A stretch of 64,000 nucleotides of DNA from Tubiluchus corallicola. Its lineage: Eukaryota; Animalia; Priapulida. A program made the translations under genes and the position numbers. Every line of letters begins with the position of its first letter. Position 1 is the stretch's first letter. The DNA lies in contig JAQGDQ010001058.1 of assembly GCA_030141605.1 (NCBI GenBank), positions 2,669-66,668 of the forward strand, written 5' to 3'. The notes beneath the pieces are model-generated. The model was not told where the DNA came from. It worked only from the letters and a program-made list of their open reading frames with translations, and did no database searches. This document shows, piece after piece, positions 39,977 to 51,900 of the stretch.

Positions 39977-42900
39977 ATGGTAAGTCTGTCTTGATGTACA
40001 AGAAAGATGTTGAATTGAAGTATCAGAAAACTGCTTCCACTTTGAATATCCTATTACTTTCTAGGGCTGTAACAATACACCTAAGTCACGATACGACAAA
40101 TGTCATGATACGATACGTATCACGATACACATTGAAGTAACGTTTGCAGGCTTTAATAAAAGAACTAGATTAAGCTGTTAATATATTATATGTATATATT
40201 AGATTTATCAAACAATTTTAAAATTGGTAAGTGGTAAAATAATTCAGCAAATTGTTTGATTTCTGTTTATACTCTTGCATTATTTGCATTGTAAGCCACC
40301 AGAAATGCAAAGCTTCAATACGAAATGTACATGTTAGTTTTGCAAATTATAGTAAGCACCTACCTTGGCTTTCATACAAAATTTGATTGCATTGAATGTT
40401 TTAATAGTTAAAAAATATATAACTTGTACGTGTACTATCCAAAAACTATTAGTTTGTCAACCGAATTTACATAAGAAGGTATGAGATACAGTGTCAAATA
40501 ATCATCTCAACTTTCCTCATTGTTATATTTTACGAATGCAAGTTTTCTTGTTCATTAAATTACTCAGACATTTATCTCATGCGTGGTGACTACTAAAAAC
40601 TTGTCGGATACGTATTTCCTATAAAACAATTATTATTATACACTCATATCTCGGTTTGCCGGACAAAAGTGGGGAGACGATTGTTGCCAAACCGTTCACA
40701 AGTTGCAACTTTACTCTCAAAGAGAAGTTGCCAAACCGTTCGCATGTTGCAACTTTACTCTCAGAGAGAAGTTGCACAAGAAGTTGCCAAACCGTTCGCA
40801 TGTTGCAACTTTACTCTCAGAGAGAAGTTGTGCAAGAAGTTGCCAAACCGTTCACATGTTGCAACTTTACTCTCAGTGAGAAGTTGCACAAGAAGTTGCC
40901 AAACCGTTCGCATGTTGCAACTTTACTCTCAGAGAGAAGTTGTGCAAGAAGTTGCCAAACCGTTCACATGTTGCAACTTTACTCTCAGTGAGAAGTTGCC
41001 AAACTGTTCACATGTTGCAACTTTACTCTCAAAGAGAAGTTGCACAAGAAGTTGCCAAACCGTTCGCATGTTGCAACTTTACTCTCAGAGAGAAGCACAA
41101 AAAGTTGCCAAACTGTTCACATGTTGCAACTTTACTCTCAGAGAGAAGCACAAAAAGTTGCCAAACTGTTCACATGTTGCAACTTTACTCTCAAAGAGAA
41201 GTTGCACAAGAAGTTGCCAAACCGTTCGCATGTTGCAACTTTACTCTCAGAGAGAAGTTGCACAAGAAGTTGCCAAACCGTTCACATGTTGCAACTTTAC
41301 TCTCAAAGAGAAGTTGCACAAGAAGTTGCCAAACCGTTCGCATGTTGCAACTTTACTCTCAGAGAGAAGTTGCACAAGAAGTTGCCAAACCGTTCACATG
41401 TTGCAACTTTACTCTCAAAGAGAAGTTGCCAAACCGTTCGCATGTTGCAACTTTACTCTCAGAGAGAAGTTGCACAAGAAGTTGCCAAACCGTTCACATG
41501 TTGCAACTTTACTCTCAGTGAGAAGTTGCCAAACTGTTCACATGTTGCAACTTTACTCTCAGAGAGAAGTTGCACAAGAAGTTGCCAAACCGTTCACATG
41601 TTGCAACTTTACTCTCAAAGAGAAGTTGCACAAGTTGCCAAACCGTTCACATGTTGCAACTTTACTCTCAAAGAAGAAGTTGCCAAACCGTTCACATGTT
41701 GCAACTTTACTCTCAAAGAGAAGTTGCAGAAGTTGCCAAACCGTTCGCATGTTGCAACTTTACTCTCAGAGAAGTTGCACAAGTTGCCAAACCGTTCACA
41801 TGTTGCAACTTTACTCTCAAAGAAAGTTGCCAAACCGTTCGCATGTTGCAACTTTACTCTCAAAGTTGAGTTGCCAAACCGTTCACATGTTGCAACTTTA
41901 CTCTCAAGAGATTGCCAAACCGTTCCATGTTGCAACTTTACTCTCAGAAGAAGTTGCCAAGAAGTTGCCAAACCGTTCACATGTTGCAACTTTACTCTCA
42001 GAAAGTTGCACAAGAAGTTGCCAAACCGTTACATGTTGCAACTTTACTCTCAAAGAAAGTTGCACAAGAAGTTGCCAAACCGTTCACATGTTGCAACTTT
42101 ACTCTCAAAGAGAAGTTGCCAAACAAGAAGTTGCCAAACCGTTCCATGTTGCAACTTTACTCTCAAAGAGAAGTTGCCAAACCGTTCCATGTTGCAACTT
42201 TACTCTCAAAGAGAAGTTGCCAAACCGTTCCATGTTGCAACTTTACTCTCAAAGAGAAGTTGCCAAACCGTTCACATGTTGCAACTTTACTCTCAAAGAG
42301 AAGTTGCCAAACCGTTCACATGTTGCAACTTTACTCTCAAAGAGAAGTTGCACAAGAAGTTGCCAAACCGTTCACATGTTGCAACTTTACTCTCAAAGAG
42401 AAGTTGCCAAACCGTTCGCATGTTGCAACTTTACTCTCAGAGAGAAGTTGCACAAGAAGTTGCCAAACCGTTCACATGTTGCAACTTTACTCTCAGTGAG
42501 AAGTTGCCAAACTGTTCACATGTTGCAACTTTACTCTCAGAGAGAAGTTGCACAAGAAGTTGCCAAACCGTTCACATGTTGCAACTTTACTCTCAAAGAG
42601 AAGTTGCACAAGAAGTTGCCAAACCGTTCACATGTTGCAACTTTACTCTCAAAGAGAAGTTGCCAAACCGTTCGCATGTTGCAACTTTACTCTCAAAGAG
42701 AAGTTGCCAAACCGTTCGCATGTTGCAACTTTACTCTCAAAGAGAAGTTGCAGTTGCCAAACCGTTCACATGTTGCAACTTTACTCTCAAGAGAAGAAGA
42801 AGTTGCCAAACCGTTCACATGTTGCAACTTTACTCTCAAAGAGAAGTTGCCAAACCGTTCACATGTTGCAACTTTACTCTCAGAGAGAAGTTGCACAAGA

Positions 42901-45900
42901 AGTTGCCAAACCGTTCACATGTTGCAACTTTACTCTCAAAGAGAAGTTGCACAAGAAGTTGCCAAACCGTTCACATGTTGCAACTTTACTCTCAGAGAGA
43001 AGTTGCACAAGAAGTTGCCAAACCGTTCACATGTTGCAACTTTACTCTCAAAGAGAAGTTGCACAAGAAGTTGCCAAACCGTTCACATGTTGCAACTTTA
43101 CTCTCAAAGAGAAGTTGCCAAACCGTTCGCATGTTGCAACTTTACTCTCAGAGAGAAGTTGCACAAGAAGTTGCCAAACCGTTCACATGTTGCAACTTTA
43201 CTCTCAGTGAGAAGTTGCCAAACTGTTCACATGTTGCAACTTTACTCTCAGAGAGAAGTTGCACAAGAAGTTGCCAAACCGTTCACATGTTGCAACTTTA
43301 CTCTCAAAGAGAAGTTGCACAAGAAGTTGCCAAACCGTTCACATGTTGCAACTTTACTCTCAAAGAGAAGTTGCCAAACCGTTCGCATGTTGCAACTTTA
43401 CTCTCAAAGAGAAGTTGCCAAACCGTTCACATGTTGCAACTTTACTCTCAAAGAGAAGTTGCCAAACCGTTCACATGTTGCAACTTTACTCTCAAAGAGA
43501 AGTTGCCAAACCGTTCACATGTTGCAACTTTACTCTCAAAGAGAAGTTGCCAAACCGTTCACATGTTGCAACTTTACTCTCAGAGAGAAGTTGCACAAGA
43601 AGTTGCCAAACCGTTCACATGTTGCAACTTTACTCTCAAAGAGAAGTTGCACAAGAAGTTGCCAAACCGTTCACATGTTGCAACTTTACTCTCAGAGAGA
43701 AGTTGCACAAGAAGTTGCCAAACCGTTCACATGTTGCAACTTTACTCTCAAAGAGAAGTTGCACAAGAAGTTGCCAAACCGTTCACATGTTGCAACTTTA
43801 CTCTCAAAGAGAAGTTGCCAAACCGTTCGCATGTTGCAACTTTACTCTCAGAGAGAAGTTGCACAAGAAGTTGCCAAACCGTTCGCATGTTGCAACTTTA
43901 CTCTCAGAGAGAAGTTGTGCAAGAAGTTGCCAAACCGTTCGCATGTTGCAACTTTACTCTCAGAGAGAAGTTGTGCAAGAAGTTGCCAAACCGTTCACAA
44001 GTTGCAACTTTACTCTCAAAGAGAAGTTGCCAAACCGTTCGCATGTTGCAACTTTACTCTCAGAGAGAAGTTGTGCAAGAAGTTGCCAAACCGTTCACAT
44101 GTTGCAAGAGAACTCTCCACATGTGAATATACCATGAAAGCTGCGTTTAACCTGTCAGGAGAAATTAATTGTTTACTGAATCAGTTTATAAATGTCTGCG
44201 GATGGCTTCTCCAGTTTTTAATAGTTTTTTCTCACGGTTCAGGGTAAAACGAAGAAAGTTGCAAAGTTTGCTCAAATGAAGAGAATGATAAGCCTTCGAG
44301 ATAACAGAATGTAAGTTCTTTCTGTTTGTAATTAGTAATATGTAGATGATGTATAATATTTGAAAATTTGGATATTTATGTTAATGATAGATTATTAGAT
44401 AATGAAAACTTGGGATTTATGGATTTCAATGTTTGTGTTTTAATAGGCAAATTGAAAAGACAAAAACGTTAGAGGAAAATAGAATGGTTTTTTCATTTCC
44501 TACCCCATTTTGAAGTACGGTAAAAAGCATACATTTTAACATTGTAATAATGCCAGAGCTTTTATGATATTAAATGATAGGTTAAAATTTAACGAATGAC
44601 GGGCGAGCCCAACTAGTCATCACAATTTAAAATAATTTTCAGCTACACAAACATTCCGTGAGCTTGTTGTACGTGTTTGTAAAAGCGAAAATTGAAGTAC
44701 AGTGCTACTGTACAACATTCAGTGTGTTATACAAAAACTCGGCAAATTTTAAGTTTAAAAATCAAATTTCAAGTTTACAGTCATGTTTGCGCATTAGCTC
44801 TCAAATGTGTGTACTACATCACAACTGAACACCTCTGAACTGAGAAGTACAGCACCTGTTTTTTGTGCATTTGAGATGCAGGCGCTAGTGTCCGTCTAAC
44901 TACCGAATGGTGAAATGCATGTAACAGCAAAGAACTAGTGACACAAACTCAAAATTATGTTTTCGTGGTAATAATTCTTTCACGTAAGTCATTCTTGAAA
45001 AAATGGCATGTTCCCTTTCAATATTTTGTACACTGGATTGTTTTGAGCTACAGTTTAAGACTGAGTCCGGTTTTACTTTAAAGTATGATCGTTGTTAGCC
45101 ATGCTGTTTGACGAAAACAAAAAAGTGCAATGTATTGAACTCTTGCGCAATATAAGCAGCTAAACAGCTACGTCTTGTTATCAAGTTACAGAATCTTGTT
45201 CATTTATGTTTTTGTTTGTCGCAGAAAAAATAAAAAGGATAAATTTAAGAAGAAGAAGAAAAAGAAGTCTGACGGTTCCAACCTGACAATTCGTGAAGTG
45301 TAAGTTTCATCAGTTCCTGCTTTTTTAAAGTTTACTTATGTATTACACATAATCTTAATTGTTGGTTTGTTAATTAAGGATAGAATGTATCTAGGAATTA
45401 TTGAATGTTTCAATTCAAATATGACTGAAAAAAGAAAAGGTTGAGAAATTGGAAGTGAGTTTGGATTTGAACCGATAACCTTTCACTTGCAACACCACAT
45501 AGCTTTGGATCACCCAGTTCTTTGTGATCGAGATAAGATCTGTTCGAATAGTACGAATTCTGTTTCTTAATGCTTTTGAATCTTCTAAAAGAAAATGTAG
45601 AGGGAGGACATTTAGTGGAGATGTCCTTAGTGAAACCCACTTCAGGTTCCCCTTTTAACAACAATATTAATAATTATTTCTTTATCTATGTAACATGCTG
45701 GGATTGTGGATGTCTGACAACCTATGGTAACTTCTTAGTTGTCGGTGCAAAGTATTTAAATTATTGAAGAATTTTCTTACCTATTAACCTCGGTAATCTG
45801 AACTTTAGAAACGAGTAAGAAGCAATTGTCTTTATATTAAAAGTGTTTTAAATCACTCAATTTTAGACTCAATCTCATTTTAATTTACTGTCCAAAATAT

Positions 45901-48900
45901 AGTTTCTTGCCTAAAGGAGTTAGCAATTGTTTCTTATATTTGAATAATTAGCTTAGAAAGTTAATTAACGGCAACTAAACACAGCTATTGCTTACGTCGG
46001 AAACTAACCACAGTTTGTGCAAGTTTGCGTACGCATCGAGCACGTTTGCATAAGTGCTACTGTTTGAGCACGTGATGTCACGAAAATGGGCTTCTGACGT
46101 CAGAAACTAACACTGCAGTTCATGGTCATGGTTATCACGGTACCGCCTTCTATTTGTCGGTCACGCAAATGTGACAAAAAGGCGCCATTGCCAATCTTAG
46201 TTGATTCACTGAGCCGCGCACAGCTTTGAAAGTTTGAGTATCCAAGGTCATCATTATTTAATCTAAGCTTTGATTTAAAAAAAAACTATTGTCGTTTCCA
46301 ATATTTTAGAGCATTCTTTATTCTGAACTAATGTTTACACTATCGTCCAGTTTTCCTTTAAAGAAAAGAACAAGTCACTCAGTATGTTGGGTTTATTTTA
46401 CTGTTAGCCCTTAAACTTAGAAAAATATAACAAAAAAATTGCAAAGAACTGCCTATAAAGTATAATTAAAATATGCAACCTCTGAATAGAAATTTTCAGG
46501 CGTGGTGGTTGCCGCCATTCACTTGAAAATCATGACGTAATTGGGAGATTTCGTGAGTTTTCGTAAGCGAGCACTGCTTAAACAAATTCAAACTTCTGCA
46601 GCTTACCTAATGTTCAGGCAAAAATATTACAAAATTAACTGTCTAGTTTTTTTGTAAGAATTTATTATACTTTTTACGAAGATTGACATTGCGCTACTAT
46701 TCTTCAAGACGAATGACATCATTGGAAGAAAAATTTTTATTGAAAATGGGGCACCAAACATGAAGTGATCGTGACTTTAAAGTGATTTTACATAGTGATT
46801 TTACACGAGGCACTTTTTGCAGTTTTATTACTAAATGCATCTAACTTTTTTCACAAACATTGAAATAAGCCTAATCTCCTAGAAGGCTTGACCTTTCCTT
46901 TAAAATTACCATTAAAATTTGTTGCTTTTCCCCTCTGAGTAGTTTAATACTAAAATGTTTACCTTTCCAAAATAATTTAGGCCTATTACAGACGTTTTAC
47001 ATGTTTTTACTTTACTTTTATTTTGTAATATTTTGATGAAAGTTAATACTAAATTATTGCAAACATGGTTACATTATCATTGCCTGTTTGACATTTCAGA
47101 CCTCAGGCATCATCAGCGTTATTTTTCCAGTACAACACGCAACTTGGTCCACCTTATCACGTGCTCATAGATACGAATTTCATCAACTTTGCACTGAAGA
47201 ACAAATTGGACATCTGGCAGTCTATGCTTGACTGTCTTTATGCTAAATGTAAGTGGTCAGTGTGGTACTGAAAATATTGTGATGACAGCAAAACCGGACC
47301 CAATCTTAAACTGCAGGTCAAAACAATCTACTACTTAAAATATTGAAAGGAAATATACTGTTTTTTCAAAAATGACTTACGTGAAAGAATTGCTATCTTG
47401 CAAACACAATTTCACGTTCGCGCCACTAGTTCTTTGCTGTTACATGCATTTCGCCATTCTGAAGATAGACGGGCACTAGCGCCTGCATTTTGGAAACACA
47501 CTGCTCAAAAAACAGGTACTGTACCTTTCAGTTCAGAGGTCTTAGTTTGTGACAATCTGCACATGTTCGATAGCTCATGCGTGAGTACAGCCGTAAATTT
47601 GAAATTTGAATTTTTATCTTAAAACATGCCTAGTATTAGTACAACACACTGAATATCTTACAGTATTTCTGTACTTCAATTTTCGCTTTCGCAAATCCGT
47701 GGAATATTTTTTGCTGTTGAAAATTATGTTGGCTTGTGATGTCATCAATAGTTGGGCTCGCCTGCTGTTAATTAAGTTTTTAATATATTATTTAATTGCC
47801 AGAATTGCATTTGCAGTATTAATTGTGTTAAAATGTATACTTTCTATCGTACTTGAAAATGGGGTAGTGTGTGAAAAATCATCCTGTCTTCCTTTATCTG
47901 ATTTACATCAAGAGAAGGAATGTAGTAGTTCATTTGAATGTCATTTTATTTGATGCCTAAAATAATTTATTTTCCATCTTAAGTTTTACTGGAATGCAGG
48001 GACTGCTGAAGTTGATTACTTGTGGCTGCTCAAAGTTGAAAGTGTCTGATTGCTTTGAGAAAATCACTGAAAACTAGTTGCAGCTCAGAATTTTTTTGAT
48101 CAACCGTGATAGAAGTTATATCATTAGTAGCCATTTAAATATTAACCTCTTTTTAGATTACTGGTCTTGCCCGTTTTCATTTTTTCACCCAAACTTTTCT
48201 AGCCCTTTTCCAATTTCTCTTTTTTAATTACGCAAGCTAGCCCAGTAGACAATAAAGCACGTCTGCATAATGGCACTGTAATTTGACTGACACCCCTTGT
48301 TGAATAGTTATTGCTGAATAGTTGAGTTTGACAGAGTGAAGTTTGACGTCGTCGAAATACGCATCAGTTTTTAGACTGACAGTTTTAGTTTGACATTTCA
48401 TTCTGACTAAGCCGTACTATTCTGACTAAGCCACACTATACGGCAACTAACGACTAAACACTGAGAAATACTGTTTTATAAATTATTATAAAAACACTTG
48501 TGGTGGTCTGACGTAAGCCACCTCTTCTTAGGTCTGTCATTTTTCTTCAATAACAGTGACAATTTTCAGGTAATTGTTTTTAGGGGTGAACATAGAACGT
48601 TCGAATTCGATTCGAACGAGTTTTTTTTATTAGAATTCAATTCGAACCTAAAATTATAGATTCAAACAATTCAGCACATGAACTGCATATGTTCTTTTGT
48701 CTTAGACCGTTTTAAACGTCACGCAATTAGCACAATTTAGTAGTGATTTCTGTGCACAATTTTTAAACTACTTATTAATGGTTTTTGGCGGAACAAAATT
48801 GAGTAATATGCATGATCTTTGAAAGATTGCTTTTTACTAGGGGCTCGAAAACTTGTCCAAAAGACTTTCAAACTCAGTTTGAATTCGAAATACGTAAATT

Positions 48901-51900
48901 CGGTTTGATTCAAATTCGAAAGTCACAAATTCGATTCAAATTCGATCTCTAGTAGAGAATGTTCACGCCTAATTGTTTTTATTCTATTGATTGTATATTG
49001 TATTTCAAATTTATATGTCAGTTAATGTGATTATGTTATTAAATCAATAATTTTGAAACTGAACACAATAATATTTTGAAATCAATTAATTATTTTAAAA
49101 TTTTGCACTTGCAGCATTTCTTTTGATCAGTAGTTCATTTTTTAGTGTGAGTGCAAATAGTGGAGGAAAGCTGTTTTAAATAATGATTTTGATTAAATTG
49201 GTGATTAAATTATTAAATTAATAATTCAAGATCAAATGCTTGACGATGCAAGATTAAACTATCGTTGTGGATAGAAGCCTAGTTAGGTGTGGCATCACGT
49301 GACCAGCTGATGTTCGACCGCTTACGCAGAAGTAAAGATTGATGATGTAACCCTTATGCGCAGAAACTCACGGCGCATTGGGTAGTTAGACAAAAGTGTT
49401 TTGAGGCCCGCACCTTGGGGAGATGAGGAACTGACTTGAAGACGGAGGGCTGGCATTACTATCCCCTTATATTTACCGTGTTGTGTTTGATATTTAATAA
49501 ATGGTTGCTTATTAAATAAAGTCTTGATAGTTTGCCATGCCCATCGTGGCTACCTCACACGCCACGCAATAAACAATAATCAGCAAGCAGCTTTAACCAC
49601 AAGAATAAATAAACATTTAACCAAATTATTTTACTCAAATATTAATTGTAATTTTCTTATGTTATTAGGTATTCCATACATCAGTGACTGTGTCATGGGC
49701 GAATTAGAGAAACTTGGTCCAAAATACAGAGTTGCTTTACGGTATCTATTTTTCACTTTCACTTCGGGGTGGTTTGTTGAACCTGCTTTTATTTTACATC
49801 CACTTTGACTTTGAAATGTTGTTTTTGCATATTAATTGCTGTTCTATCTTTGTAGCTTTATCACTGCTAAACTGTTTTACAATGTGCTTTCAACTTTTTA
49901 GATATTTTGACATTGTAATACAGTAAACTTCACTTAACTCAAATTCAACCGGACCAAAAAAAACTTTGAGTTAGGTGATGTTAACCATTTTCCAGAATAG
50001 AAACCCCAAACTCCTTCTCCAGATGGCGAGCTAAATAGAAGGCAGAAGGTCAACCCTTCTATACATTAACGATGAGATTTTGTCGACAGTTACATAAAGA
50101 ATGACAAATTATGTTATCGTGTGAAACACGATTTTTTATGTTACAAAATGACTCACAACATTCTTAAATAATATGACAATGGGGTTAGAGCATAAATTGC
50201 ATTTTTGAGTTAGGTGGAGTGAATTACATGTATTTTGATTAAATGGACCACAATTTTTGATTTGAGTTAGGCGAAACTTTGAGTTATATATTTTGGGTTA
50301 AGTGATATTTTTTCTGGGAAAAACGAAGGATTTCATCTGTTCCGCTGAAATTCTTTGAGTTAGGCGAAAATTTAAGTTATGCAGTTTTGAGTTATGTGGA
50401 GTTTACTGTATTATAAACAAACTGTATAAACAAACAATTTATGTAGTCAACTAAGTTATACAACAGCGCATTTCTCCTTCCCTGAGTTTAAAATAAAGTG
50501 AAATTGTGGATTTCGGCCTACTTTTTGCAAATTATTTTTCCGTGATTTAATTGTCAGTGCTGTATAGTTGCTTCCATTTATGTTTTATTCACAGAATAGC
50601 TAAAGACCCACGATTTGAGAGGTTGCCATGTTCACACAAAGGAACTTATGCCGACGACTGCATTGTTCAGCGAGTAACGCAGGTACAGCTTTCATTAATC
50701 ATACCATATTTGGTTACATTGATACTACACATCTTCTAACTCAAATTCAACCGGACCAAAAAAAACTTTGAGTTAGGTGATGTTAACCATTTTCCAGAAT
50801 AGAAACCCCAAACTCCTTCTCCAGATGGCGAGCTAAATAGAAGGCAGAAGGTCAACCCTTCTATACATTAACGATGAGATTTTGTCGACAGTTACATAAA
50901 GAATGACAAATTATGTTATCGTGTGAAACACGATTTTTTATGTTACAAAATGACTCACAACATTCTTAAATAATATGACAATGGGGTTAGAGCATAAATT
51001 GCATTTTTGAGTTAGGTGGAGTGAATTACATGTATTTTGATTAAATGGACCACAATTTTTGATTTGAGTTAGGCGAAACTTTGAGTTATATATTTTGGGT
51101 TAAGTGATATTTTTTCTGGGAAAAACGAAGGATTTCATCTGTTCCGCTGAAATTCTTTGAGTTAGGCGAAAATTTAAGTTATGCAGTTTTGAGTTATGTG
51201 GAGTTTACTGTATTATAAACAAACTGTATAAACAAACAATTTATGTAGTCAACTAAGTTATACAACAGCGCATTTCTCCTTCCCTGAGTTTAAAATAAAG
51301 TGAAATTGTGGATTTCGGCCTACTTTTTGCAAATTATTTTTCCGTGATTTAATTGTCAGTGCTGTATAGTTGCTTCCATTTATGTTTTATTCACAGAATA
51401 GCTAAAGACCCACGATTTGAGAGGTTGCCATGTTCACACAAAGGAACTTATGCCGACGACTGCATTGTTCAGCGAGTAACGCAGGTACAGCTTTCATTAA
51501 TCATACCATATTTGGTTACATTGATACTACACATCTTCTAACCTTTTAATTTTCAAAAAATGTAGTAGTAAATTTTCTACCTTGACTCAAAGAGTAATGC
51601 AGGTGCAGCATTCATTAATCATACCATATTTGGTTACATTGATACTACACATCTTCTAACCTTTTAATTTTCAAAAAATGTAGTAGTAAATTTTCTGTTT
51701 CGGTTTGCCAATAATTGCACTTTCGGTTAAATTTTGGTTTTGGCCAAATTTACTAAGTTTCATAGCCGAAATTTCGGATAATTTTTGGTAGCACTTATCC
51801 AAGGTTTTACTAGTTTTTATTCAATTTCCTTTTTCTTTTCTTTTAGATGTCAAAACTGCCGAAAAATCTAGGCTAAAATAGTTCAAATAAATCAAAAATT

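Noticed and set aside
40669-44247. 1192-aa and 1028-aa ORFs plus many overlapping ORFs
   Set aside because: The 44/56-bp units lack plus-strand stops in any frame and rotate frame each unit, so all three frames give the same peptides; non-ATG start; lies inside an FCF1 intron.
49264-49568. Solo LTR
   Set aside because: Roughly TG..CA-like ends and internal AATAAA, but no clear TSD or second copy in the window.
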